Source: an uncultured Candidatus Saccharibacteria bacterium (GTDB lineage: Bacteria; Patescibacteriota; Minisyncoccia; Phycocordibacterales; JACOZG01). From it: 64,000 nt of DNA. The notes under the pieces were generated by a model. It did no database searches, had not been told where the DNA came from, and saw only the letters and a program-made list of their open reading frames with translations. The stretch lies in NCBI GenBank assembly GCA_964648765.1, contig CAZYLF010000001.1, forward strand, positions 229,797 through 293,796, given 5' to 3'. Numbering within the stretch: the stretch's first letter is position 1; the number at the start of each line of letters is the position of its first letter. This document shows, piece by piece, positions 55,801 through 64,000 of the stretch. The translations under genes were made by a program, and so were the position numbers.

Positions 55801-58800
55801 TGTTTTGTATGATTCTAATAATTTACTTCAAGCATTAAATACTAAACGTGCCGCAGTCTCTGGCGCTACCTATGGCAGTGTTATTGAGTTCTGGGACTGG
55901 AATACTACAGATGATAGAGAAGGTATAGATATACATAACTGTCAGCTTTATGTCACCACTGATCACGCGGGAGCACCAAAAGGAGACTTTTTGTATTTCC
56001 CATTTGCGGGTTGTATTGCTTCTTGCAGCGCTCCAGCGGGGGATACCACCGACCCCACAACTCCTGGCACACCTACAGCTACAGTAGTTTCAAGTTCACA
56101 AATTAATTTATCTTGGGGAGCTTCAACCGACGCTGTGGGAGTAACAGGTTACAGAATTTATTTAAACGGCACAGCTAACCCTGCCAATTTACTAACTACT
56201 GTCACAGGCCTTTCATATTCACACACTGGTCTTGCCGCCAGCACTGTACACACCTATCGCGTCACCGCCATCGACGCCGCCGGCAATGAGTCCGCCTTTG
56301 CCGGCCCCGTGAGCGCCACGACACAAGCGCCACCAACAAACGTGTCTTGCCCGCAAGGCTCGCTAGCTAGTCGTTGTTCTGGTGTGGCACCACTCGGAGT
56401 ATTCTTTGATGCCACCAATCTAACTTTTAATGGCGTTGCTAGACCATTCCATGATCTTGAGTACGAGTGGAACTTTGGTGACCTAGCTTCTGGTAACTGG
56501 AGCACGAACGGTAAAAGTAAAAATATTGCTTATGGTGCGGTAGCCGCCCACGTATTTGAAAGTGTAGGCACTTTTAATGTAAATCTTAAAGTTAGAAATG
56601 GAACTAGTATTTTGCATGACCAAAATTACCCAATTTCTGTCGGTTCATTTTTGGCCCTGCCAAGCGCCCAGACAATGTGTTTGTCTAACTCCGGCATCGA
56701 CACAAGTTGCGCGCCAAGTGCTATAGCGGAAAATAATTTCGACGAGGCGTTCGACTGGCTATTCCAGAGTGACGGCCCCAGACGAGTTTTGGTAAAAGAG
56801 GGTGAGACATTTAGCAATCTAGTTCCACGGGCGGGGAGTACACAAATATCAGATAGAACTGGCCCATTTATTTTAGGCACCTATGGAAGTGGAGCCAAAC
56901 CCGTTGTGAACATGTTGCATAATAGCTGGTTACAACTCTCTAACACCACCAAAGACGTGGTATTCGATAATATTGAATTTAAGGGTAAATATAACATGAC
57001 GAGCGCCCCGGCAACTTTTACTGGTGATAATCGTCTTAGTACTGATGGCGAACACGTACTGTTTCAGGGACTAAAGGTGAGCGGTATGAATTATGGTATC
57101 TCTTGGGGTGGTAAAAATGTATTTATCCATGACAGTGTTGTAGAACTCCAGCACGACTACAACGTCTTTGGTTCTGGCGATAACTTCTCTGCTCAAGGTC
57201 TCCGTTTGGGTAGCGTGGCCAATGAAAGTAACATGAGGAATACAAGCGCAAGAAAAGCTGTTTACTCCCATAATATATTTAAACCAACGATACACTATGT
57301 AAGATTCGAGACCAATTTCAGACTCCATGGATCTGATCAACCAGGAAAGAATACTAGATATGTGATAATTTCTGATAATGAATTTACCCGTAATCCTGGC
57401 ATAGGCAATGTTGGTGGTGGACCAAACGTGGGGCCTGGTAATGGTTCCAATCCAGACGGGAGTATACCAAGAGAGGTTGTGGACGATGTAATTGTGGAGA
57501 GGAATATGATGCGGATAACCACGTCTGAGGGCACCATGAACGCAATGGATGTTTGCACCATGAATAACCTGACTATCCGTAATAACATTTTTTCTGGACC
57601 TCATAATGGAGGAGTTGGACTGTGTAGTTCAACGTACCCGGGTTGGGATAGGGGGGCAACTCGAGTTGATGTGTACAACAACACAATGTCGGCTTCAGGT
57701 GACCCAAGATTTATTGCAGTTGGTAATTTTGGGACGGGTCCGACAACGTGGAATATCCGAAACAACATTGCCAATATTCCAAGCGCCACACAGGTTTCTA
57801 TTAATTCTCGGAGAATGGCCGTGGACAACATTAACGAATCCAATAACATTTGGTTTAAGGCTGGCCAGTATCTTGCTGAAATCCCAGTGGACAACATTCC
57901 TACGCCAGTGACTTATTCATGGAGTAAGGTGGCAGGGTCTGGGACAGTGCAGTTTTCGAGTTCCAATATTGTAAATCCTTCCGTCACCATTAGCACACCG
58001 GGCCAGTACTTACTTAGATTAACCTCCACAGATGGTTCTCGGACTGCTTCAGACGATGTATTTATTGATTATTTGAGTGCCGCTAATCCGACTACTAAGT
58101 TCAATATCGGCGCGCCAATTTCTGTGTCAGTTCCAACTGCTACAGTCTATTCGTCGGCTTCTGCAAGTAGTGCACTTGGCACACAGAATAACGGCGCTCC
58201 GGGTTTAGTTATTAGCGGTCCGGTTACTAACGCTTCAGGAACTTGGTGGGAAGTAGACTTTAACAATGGTGTGGATGGTTGGGTGGATGGGGCGGTGATT
58301 AAAATGAGGAAGTCACACATTGTTAATCCCTCGAACGCTGATCCACTGCTCGATATTACACGGCAAGGTGATATTAGCACTCAAACCGGGCAAATTTCTT
58401 TAGACCCGACGGTTGTTGAGAGATTTTCTTTAACTACTTGGAAATCTTGTGCCGTTGGCCATGCATGTAAAGGTCAGAATAGTTTTAATTCGGATCCAAA
58501 CATAGACCCAACTAATTTTAGTTTAACTTCCTCCAGTGTGGCAGCAATTAACACTGGTACATCTATGCCAGTCTGGAAGGATTTTGCTAGCAATGTTCGT
58601 CCGTTCAGCAATACAAATTACGACATTGGTGCGTATGAATCTGGCTCAACGGTTTCTCCAACTACTTACACTATCAATGCCACAGCTGGATCAAATGGTT
58701 TCATTTCTCCGTCAGGTTCAGTAAGTGTTAATTCTGGCGCTTCGCAAACTTTTATTTTTACCCCATTAAATTCAAGTTTCCAGGTTGCCACTGTCACAGT

Positions 58801-61800
58801 TAATGGTTCACTCGTTCCTAATCCAGGGGCTAGTTACACTTTTAATAATGTCACAAGTAACGGCCAAACAATAAATGTCACTTTTGCTCCTGTTTCAGTG
58901 GTTGATCTGTTGCCCCCAGTAGTTTCATTAACTAACCCATCTGCCGGTGCGATAGTTGAGGGCGTGGTTAATCTTAGTGCCGATGCCACGGATGATGTGG
59001 GGGTGCTCGATGTCCAGTTTAGGGTTGATGGAGTTAATTTAGGTAATCCGGTGATCGGCATCAATCCTTATATTAAAAGTTGGGATACAACCGCTCTGGC
59101 AAATAATTCCCAGCACATCATCACTGCTGTGGCACGTGACGCTTCTGGCAAAAGCACTACATCATTACCAATTACGGTAACAGTAAATAGAGCTCCACCG
59201 GTTGTGATTAGCGCCATGACCGCTACCACCTTTATTCCACCAACCCCAGCAATGTTGGCGGTGACGGCCGCTGATGTTACTGGCCCTGTAACTTGCCGAT
59301 TCAGTAATGTGGCCAATACCTCATTCGCCCAAATGCCAATTGGTAACACTCTTACCGCAAACGGTATCACTCATTCTTATAATTTTGGCACTTCACTCGC
59401 TGCCGGTAACTACATATATTATGTACGTTGCCAAGACTCGGCCGTTCCGCCAAACGCTAATACCCAAGATCTCACAATTAGCTTTACCGTCGGCACAACT
59501 CAAACCAACGACACCGCTGCACCATCTGTCCCACAAAATTTATCTGCCACAGCAATCTCCAGTTCACAAATTACTTTAAATTGGACTGCTTCCACTGATA
59601 ACACCGCCGTAACAGGCTACCGCATCTTCCGGGGGACTGATCTCATTAACCCAGTTGCTACTTCCACTGGCACTGGTGTTACTTTTACTGATTCAGGTTT
59701 ACAAGCGAGCACTCAGTACATCTACCGCATTGCCGCTATTGATGCTGCTAATAATCAATCAACACTCTCGGCTCAAGCGAGCGCCACAACGCAGGCACCG
59801 CCAGCAGGTGGAACAACATATTCCCTAAGTTTGATTAGTGATGATTCTGGTAGTATCACGCCAAACCCACCTCAGTCAGAATATACTCCTGGTGCAGTTG
59901 TTACTCTCACAGCTACTCCAGCGTTTGGTTATCAGTTTACTGGTTGGACTGGAGCACTCACGGGGACGACCAATCCAGCGACGCTTACTATGGATGCTAA
60001 TAAGACCGTAACTGCAAGTTTTGTGTTGGTTGGAAATGGAAACTATCAGATTGGTGATCGGATAAAGGTTGTGGACGGACCAACAGTAATTTTTGATGTT
60101 ATTTCATCAGCATCTAACAGTCAGGGTAGTCAGTATACTAGTTCGCCTGGGACAATCATTGGTGGCCCAGCAACAGCTGCAAACGGGTCAGTGTTTTGGC
60201 AAACTGATTTTGATATCAACCCCGATGGTTGGGTAGATCAATCGGATACCATTTTGTCGCCACAAAGTAACGACGCCCTTGCGCCTTATGTGGAAGTGCG
60301 GAGATTTACTCCCGAGGATGTTAGTGGAACAATTACCTTTACTGCTGACGTGCTTGACCCAGTCCTTTCCAACGAGACAACATCCGGCATAGCTGGTGTC
60401 CGCTTTATTGTTGACGGTCAGATGATTGGTGCAGAAGATACTTTTGCTCCTTATCAGATAAGCTGGAATTCTCGATCTCTCTCTAACGGTTATCACGTGG
60501 TAACGGCGATCAGTCGTGACAATGCCAGAAACACTCGGCGCGCTCCACCCACGGTTATTCATATTGTTAACCCGACCACTCCTAAAGAAATTTATTATAT
60601 TTCTAATACTGGCAGTGACACCAATGACGGTCTGCATCCAACGCAAGTGGGTCCGGGTCAGGGTCCTTGGCAAACAATCGCTAAGGTTCAAACAAATATG
60701 GGTAATCCTGGCACCAAATTTTTATTCAAACGAGGTGGAGTTTATCCTGTTACAGCTATGGTCTCTAACGACCCTGGCTTAATCAGAATTACTCATGTTC
60801 GAGACTTGAGTTTTAGTAGTTATTACAATAGTGATGGCAGTGACGATCCTTCTCTACCACGGCCGGTGATTAAGGGTGACGGCACCAAACATATTTTTGG
60901 TTATTATTATGGGGGTGTTGGTGTTAATGGGCGAAGGACACAAAATGATCTTAATTATTTGATTGAAAATCTTCGTCTCGAGAATCCAATTGGTAATAAT
61001 AGTGGTGGTGGAATGAGGCTAAATAATGATCCATTTGTTCTTGGAACCCTTACTATGCGAAATCTGGAGATAGTTGGTGGCAATGTTGCTATGGTAGTTA
61101 CTGGCACCCAGCGATACATTTTAGAAAATAGTATTATTCATGATACCTGGTCCGGCCCATTTGCTGGTGGTGCCGGTGACAGTATTATCCGGAATAATAA
61201 ATTTTACGCTTGCGGTTTAGAACCGACAGCTACACAGGGTTCTGGGTTACATCAACATTGTATTTACGCTACCGCTAATCCGGAATCATTTAACTTGCTG
61301 ATTGAAAACAATAGTTTTGAAAGTAGCCCCCTTAGCCCGGGAGTGATTGTTGTTTCTCGAGTCAAAGAAGGTAATTATATCCGCAATAATCATATTTATT
61401 CTAGTTTTGCGTCTGATTATGGGATCGGTATCGCTCCTGGGGGTACATCTGGTTCCGAAGTTAATATTCAGCATTTTCGCGATATTGAGATTTCAGGCAA
61501 TTTTGTGACCGGTAACGGTGATGCTATTAGTCTCGGTGGTGTTAGTGATGTCAGAGTTTTTAATAATATACTTAATGATCAGCAGAACAGGTTATCCTTT
61601 AGTTTGGATTTTGCAAACACCATTAATAAATATGTTCGTTTCTTTAACAACACTATTTATAATTTCGGTGGAGATAACTCTGGTGCACCAATTATCCGTG
61701 TTGATGGTAGCGTGAGTACTGCTGGTGAGCGACGGAGCACCTATGTGCAGGTGGTCAATAACGTCATCTTTGCTAACCGGCCGAAAATATTCCATTATAA

Positions 61801-64000
61801 AGCAAGTACCCCAGCAATCGATCCAACGGTTACAATTAAGAACAATTTATACCGCTTACCCAACACTGGCTCAAATATCAAACCATTTATAATTGATCCA
61901 AATTCTCCACCAGTTAATACTCCAGTTGGGAGCTATACTTTGTCGGAATTCCAAACTCAATTCGGTCAAGATTTAGCCAGTAGCTATGGTGATCCACTTT
62001 TTGTTAATTCTAGTTTGCCACTTGGTTCTGATGATTTGATCGGTACGACAGATGACGGCTTGATTATTTCTACAGCTCAAAGTCCAGCAATAAATCAAGG
62101 TGTTTCATTCTCCGGTGTTGAATTATTTAATCGAGACATATTGGATACAATTAGACCACAGGGTGCCGCTTACGATCTAGGAGCTTATGAATTTACTGGC
62201 TCTACTCCTAATCCAAGCACCTTTACCATCTCCATCACTAAACAAGGTACCGGTACTGGCACAGTAGCCGGCGGTGGAATAAATTGTGGCAACACCTGCT
62301 CAGCAACTTTAAATTCTGGGGCGAGTGTCGATCTTTTGGCTACACCTACACTTGGCCATACCTTTGCCGGCTGGAGCGGAGCAGTAACAGGTACGACCAA
62401 TCCAATCACGGTCACGATGAACGGTAACAAAGATGTTACAGCTACCTTTAATCTCACAACTCAAGATCCAGCGCCAACTGTTACTAATGCTACTTCCCCA
62501 TCATTTACTTTACCCGCTCAAGCGGTTTTGAATGTCACAACAAGCGAGAATGCTAATTGCAAATGGTCAGCTAACCAAACTGCCACTTACGCACAGATGA
62601 CCGATTTCCTTACCACTGGAAATATTTCCCACGCGCATTCACTGGGCGTTTTGGCTGGTTCTGTTTCTCCTGGTACCCCTTATACTTACTACGCACTCTG
62701 CCAAGATGGAACTGGTAATATTAGTACCCCAACCACCGCAATAACTTTTAATGTTATTTCTGCCACAGTTCAGACCAATCAACCCCCAACCGTCAATGCA
62801 GGATCAGATAATTCCATTACTCTTCCTACTAACTCTTATAGTTTAAATGCCACAGTTAGCGATGATGGATTACCTGCTTCGCCTGGCCTTGTCACAACTA
62901 GTTGGAGTCGAGTAAGCGGACCCACCAATGTCACGTTTGCTAATGCGGGCGCGGTGGATACAACCGTGAGTGGCTTAACTAATACTACGGCACCGTATGT
63001 ACTTCGATTATCGGCTGATGATGATGGCGCTGGACCCAACGCGGCGGTAATTGACGATATACAGATTACTGTCAATCCAGCTGTTGTGGTAGACAACACC
63101 CCACCTACAATTCTTAGCTCCTCACCAAGTGGCACACTTGCGGTGGGCACTACTCAAGTAACGATGCAAGTAGTAACGGATGAGAACGCCACTTGTAAAT
63201 GGGGCACTGCTTCAAACACCTATACTGGATTGCCAAACACATTCACCACCACCGGCACCACCAATCATTCACAAACCTTATCTGGTCTCATTCCAAACAG
63301 TTACACCAGGTACGTGCGTTGCCGCGACCTTTCTGCCAACTTAAACTTCAACACTACTGACACTGTAATCACCTTCACCATCCCAAATAATCCAGATACC
63401 ACTGATCCATCAGTGCCGGTAAATGTGCAAGCATCGGCTAATTCTTCTACTCAAATTAATGTGACTTGGGATGCTTCCACCGACGTGTCGCCAGCCGGGC
63501 AAGCAAGTTCTGGTGTGGCGGGTTATCGCGTGTACCGTTTACCAGACACCACTAACCCAGTTGGTTCACCTACCACTAATTCATTCTCCCACACCGGTTT
63601 AAGTCCTAACACTTCCCATCAATATCGCGTCTCAGCAATTGATAATGCGGGTAATGTTTCTAATCTTTCAATCGCGTCTGCTTCAGTAACTACACCAAAT
63701 CTCCCAGATACTGCAGCACCAAATATTACCAACACCACTCAAGCCACCTTCCCGGCGCCTACAACACAGGTGGCAGTGAGCGTGACCACCAACGAGCCTG
63801 CCACTTGTCGCATTGGCACAAGTGATGTTGCCTTCGGTTCATTACCAGCAAATTCTATGACGGCTGGAGCGGTCTCCAATAATTTTTACCCCCACCAATC
63901 AGCATTAATTTCTGGTCTAACACCAAACACGAATCATACACGTTATATTCGTTGCCAGGATTCTGTTCTTAACACTAATCAAGCAGGTGTCCGTGTAGAC
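52811..64000 (+). CDS. Giant extracellular multidomain protein (3'-truncated by window edge; >3700 aa)
   Basis: The frame is open from ATG 52811 to the window end; I checked codon continuity at several points. The domain content is:
- a signal peptide;
- an N-terminal beta-sandwich (TYLKFDLS...VWNTKP);
- SBBP-type beta-propeller repeats (D.AGN.Y..G);
- several FN3 domains;
- a PKD domain;
- a right-handed beta-helix region;
- Big-like domains;
- at least five Cys-bracketed repeats ending YVRCQD.
A TGTTATAAT box lies 9 nt before the ATG. Confidence 0.75.
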   Translation, partial: MPKYSLGAKLILVGIFFYSAYAGSTIYEAYLNSDFLGNLKLTAQTYTPPPSTLNAVADTQVRQGVSTNSNANLEYAISNDSSAGNRQTYLKFDLSNISGTISSAKLKVYVINTDAKPITVSSVANDAWQESTMVWNTKPAPVTSLGTLDVSTINSYSTEFDVTNFVKSAENLSDKLVSFSLSYPTADNTAKPFVAINPKEKGNGAQLIITYNSVTTTTPPPTAPVTQSTQTTQTTQTTQNQTGVGALAAAAPETYNLTFSNIFGGSADDQTRDVAYDSAGNIYAVGGSTAPGFVATGSVFDTSHNGNMDAFLVKLNSSGQVLWSTFIGGPNYDRAYAVEVDSAGNVFVAGRSGAGFPTTFGPGFLNQNINGPGYDANPYGHQNAFLAKFDSSGQRLWARYNQKTGNEVGLFRDIALDSNGNIYGVTTGYGLFKFKADGTNDWDLPLKGNGSINMNVPSVRVDGQNNIYVSGGTNSTSGLTVGGYQSTNGGGSADIYLAKVNSNGSVVWGTYVGGTGEEFGETHNLAVDPQRNIYLAYSTRSNDLIPASATLDATSYDVNFGGGADGFIAKIDTNGNLKGATYLGGSDVEEFQGVDTDSAGNVYVSGKSKSNLSLNNPLFPAKPSSVGNEDIIFAKFSSDLGSLVFGTYFGGSTSESGRSLDVHTSGAVAVGGQNSASGNSGVVLGYVQGSAPTGDQTPPTLSNLLPSGTIAALPLPILSVTTNEAATCRWSTTANASFSNMNAMTALGNVHTSLGLSGLLAGSSYNRYVRCQDTSANQNMSAESTITFTISITVGGSLPQCVAAANHDLPATGTSIGSGLPSNFEGSGVEWHSVRNSFFLVHDGGTLFERRADGTAVAQWSIGGDLEGVTVADPNSNFIYVGVEDPDSIREINLINGQVTRTFDLTPWMTGAANSGLEAITFAPIAGHPEGGIFYAGLQADGDIYAFSLPIKSSATSVTVTSLNDPLNPTNYYKITGNSTNTDIAGMDYDSSIDVLYVLYDSNNLLQALNTKRAAVSGATYGSVIEFWDWNTTDDREGIDIHNCQLYVTTDHAGAPKGDFLYFPFAGCIASCSAPAGDTTDPTTPGTPTATVVSSSQINLSWGASTDAVGVTGYRIYLNGTANPANLLTTVTGLSYSHTGLAASTVHTYRVTAIDAAGNESAFAGPVSATTQAPPTNVSCPQGSLASRCSGVAPLGVFFDATNLTFNGVARPFHDLEYEWNFGDLASGNWSTNGKSKNIAYGAVAAHVFESVGTFNVNLKVRNGTSILHDQNYPISVGSFLALPSAQTMCLSNSGIDTSCAPSAIAENNFDEAFDWLFQSDGPRRVLVKEGETFSNLVPRAGSTQISDRTGPFILGTYGSGAKPVVNMLHNSWLQLSNTTKDVVFDNIEFKGKYNMTSAPATFTGDNRLSTDGEHVLFQGLKVSGMNYGISWGGKNVFIHDSVVELQHDYNVFGSGDNFSAQGLRLGSVANESNMRNTSARKAVYSHNIFKPTIHYVRFETNFRLHGSDQPGKNTRYVIISDNEFTRNPGIGNVGGGPNVGPGNGSNPDGSIPREVVDDVIVERNMMRITTSEGTMNAMDVCTMNNLTIRNNIFSGPHNGGVGLCSSTYPGWDRGATRVDVYNNTMSASGDPRFIAVGNFGTGPTTWNIRNNIANIPSATQVSINSRRMAVDNINESNNIWFKAGQYLAEIPVDNIPTPVTYSWSKVAGSGTVQFSSSNIVNPSVTISTPGQYLLRLTSTDGSRTASDDVFIDYLSAANPTTKFNIGAPISVSVPTATVYSSASASSALGTQNNGAPGLVISGPVTNASGTWWEVDFNNGVDGWVDGAVIKMRKSHIVNPSNADPLLDITRQGDISTQTGQISLDPTVVERFSLTTWKSCAVGHACKGQNSFNSDPNIDPTNFSLTSSSVAAINTGTSMPVWKDFASNVRPFSNTNYDIGAYESGSTVSPTTYTINATAGSNGFISPSGSVSVNSGASQTFIFTPLNSSFQVATVTVNGSLVPNPGASYTFNNVTSNGQTINVTFAPVSVVDLLPPVVSLTNPSAGAIVEGVVNLSADATDDVGVLDVQFRVDGVNLGNPVIGINPYIKSWDTTALANNSQHIITAVARDASGKSTTSLPITVTVNRAPPVVISAMTATTFIPPTPAMLAVTAADVTGPVTCRFSNVANTSFAQMPIGNTLTANGITHSYNFGTSLAAGNYIYYVRCQDSAVPPNANTQDLTISFTVGTTQTNDTAAPSVPQNLSATAISSSQITLNWTASTDNTAVTGYRIFRGTDLINPVATSTGTGVTFTDSGLQASTQYIYRIAAIDAANNQSTLSAQASATTQAPPAGGTTYSLSLISDDSGSITPNPPQSEYTPGAVVTLTATPAFGYQFTGWTGALTGTTNPATLTMDANKTVTASFVLVGNGNYQIGDRIKVVDGPTVIFDVISSASNSQGSQYTSSPGTIIGGPATAANGSVFWQTDFDINPDGWVDQSDTILSPQSNDALAPYVEVRRFTPEDVSGTITFTADVLDPVLSNETTSGIAGVRFIVDGQMIGAEDTFAPYQISWNSRSLSNGYHVVTAISRDNARNTRRAPPTVIHIVNPTTPKEIYYISNTGSDTNDGLHPTQVGPGQGPWQTIAKVQTNMGNPGTKFLFKRGGVYPVTAMVSNDPGLIRITHVRDLSFSSYYNSDGSDDPSLPRPVIKGDGTKHIFGYYYGGVGVNGRRTQNDLNYLIENLRLENPIGNNSGGGMRLNNDPFVLGTLTMRNLEIVGGNVAMVVTGTQRYILENSIIHDTWSGPFAGGAGDSIIRNNKFYACGLEPTATQGSGLHQHCIYATANPESFNLLIENNSFESSPLSPGVIVVSRVKEGNYIRNNHIYSSFASDYGIGIAPGGTSGSEVNIQHFRDIEISGNFVTGNGDAISLGGVSDVRVFNNILNDQQNRLSFSLDFANTINKYVRFFNNTIYNFGGDNSGAPIIRVDGSVSTAGERRSTYVQVVNNVIFANRPKIFHYKASTPAIDPTVTIKNNLYRLPNTGSNIKPFIIDPNSPPVNTPVGSYTLSEFQTQFGQDLASSYGDPLFVNSSLPLGSDDLIGTTDDGLIISTAQSPAINQGVSFSGVELFNRDILDTIRPQGAAYDLGAYEFTGSTPNPSTFTISITKQGTGTGTVAGGGINCGNTCSATLNSGASVDLLATPTLGHTFAGWSGAVTGTTNPITVTMNGNKDVTATFNLTTQDPAPTVTNATSPSFTLPAQAVLNVTTSENANCKWSANQTATYAQMTDFLTTGNISHAHSLGVLAGSVSPGTPYTYYALCQDGTGNISTPTTAITFNVISATVQTNQPPTVNAGSDNSITLPTNSYSLNATVSDDGLPASPGLVTTSWSRVSGPTNVTFANAGAVDTTVSGLTNTTAPYVLRLSADDDGAGPNAAVIDDIQITVNPAVVVDNTPPTILSSSPSGTLAVGTTQVTMQVVTDENATCKWGTASNTYTGLPNTFTTTGTTNHSQTLSGLIPNSYTRYVRCRDLSANLNFNTTDTVITFTIPNNPDTTDPSVPVNVQASANSSTQINVTWDASTDVSPAGQASSGVAGYRVYRLPDTTNPVGSPTTNSFSHTGLSPNTSHQYRVSAIDNAGNVSNLSIASASVTTPNLPDTAAPNITNTTQATFPAPTTQVAVSVTTNEPATCRIGTSDVAFGSLPANSMTAGAVSNNFYPHQSALISGLTPNTNHTRYIRCQDSVLNTNQAGVRVD

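Noticed and set aside
53134-63150. Numerous 60-177-aa ORFs on the minus strand and in frame 0 across 53-63 kb
   Set aside because: All lie within the single long open frame of the giant surface protein, which has coherent domain content. They are shadow ORFs.

Overview
This window reads as a low-GC (about 40%) CPR/Patescibacteria-like chromosome segment with small, tightly packed genes. The annotation is necessarily incomplete because I had no tools and worked by eye, with no database searches or structure predictions.

Housekeeping genes:
- Cell division and nucleotide metabolism: ftsE (partial), ftsX, pyrG.
- Envelope, transport and stress: a MacB-like ABC pair, a glutaredoxin, HIT and MBL hydrolases, an SPFH protein, a Ca2+/cation antiporter, DoxX, an MFS transporter, an OppA-like binding protein and SecG.
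- DNA/RNA processing and translation: an ABC-F ATPase, Obg, a UvrD-nuclease fusion and RNase J.
- Methyl-donor metabolism: a short metK preceded by a SAM-I-like riboswitch.

More unusual content:
1. An AAA-ATPase fused to a CYTH domain, sitting next to a NUDIX hydrolase.
2. A stand-alone AICAR-transformylase (PurH C-domain) gene with higher GC, bracketed by two near-identical palindromic terminators.
3. A sigma-70 factor with a DnaA-domain-IV-like C-terminal extension.
4. An accessory array of small genes at about 13.5-16.6 kb. It carries duplicated promoter/5'UTR modules, duplicated terminator modules, a small paralogous protein family and a HEPN-like pair.
5. A putative integrative element of about 9.5 kb at about 16.7-26.2 kb. 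It ends in a tRNA-Gln(CUG) gene that the C-terminus of a large serine recombinase overlaps. Its other end is marked by a direct repeat of the tRNA 3' end, inside a GC-rich, highly structured 300-nt ORF-free region.
6. The element's cargo: a zinc-finger/TOPRIM primase, a DUF2726 protein, a secreted thermonuclease and a tandem-repeat protein.
7. A giant extracellular multidomain protein starting at 52811 and running off the window (>3700 aa). It combines SBBP beta-propeller repeats, FN3/PKD domains and a beta-helix. It also has at least five copies of an unrecognised Cys-bracketed ~60-90 aa domain (C[RK]W...YVRCQD).
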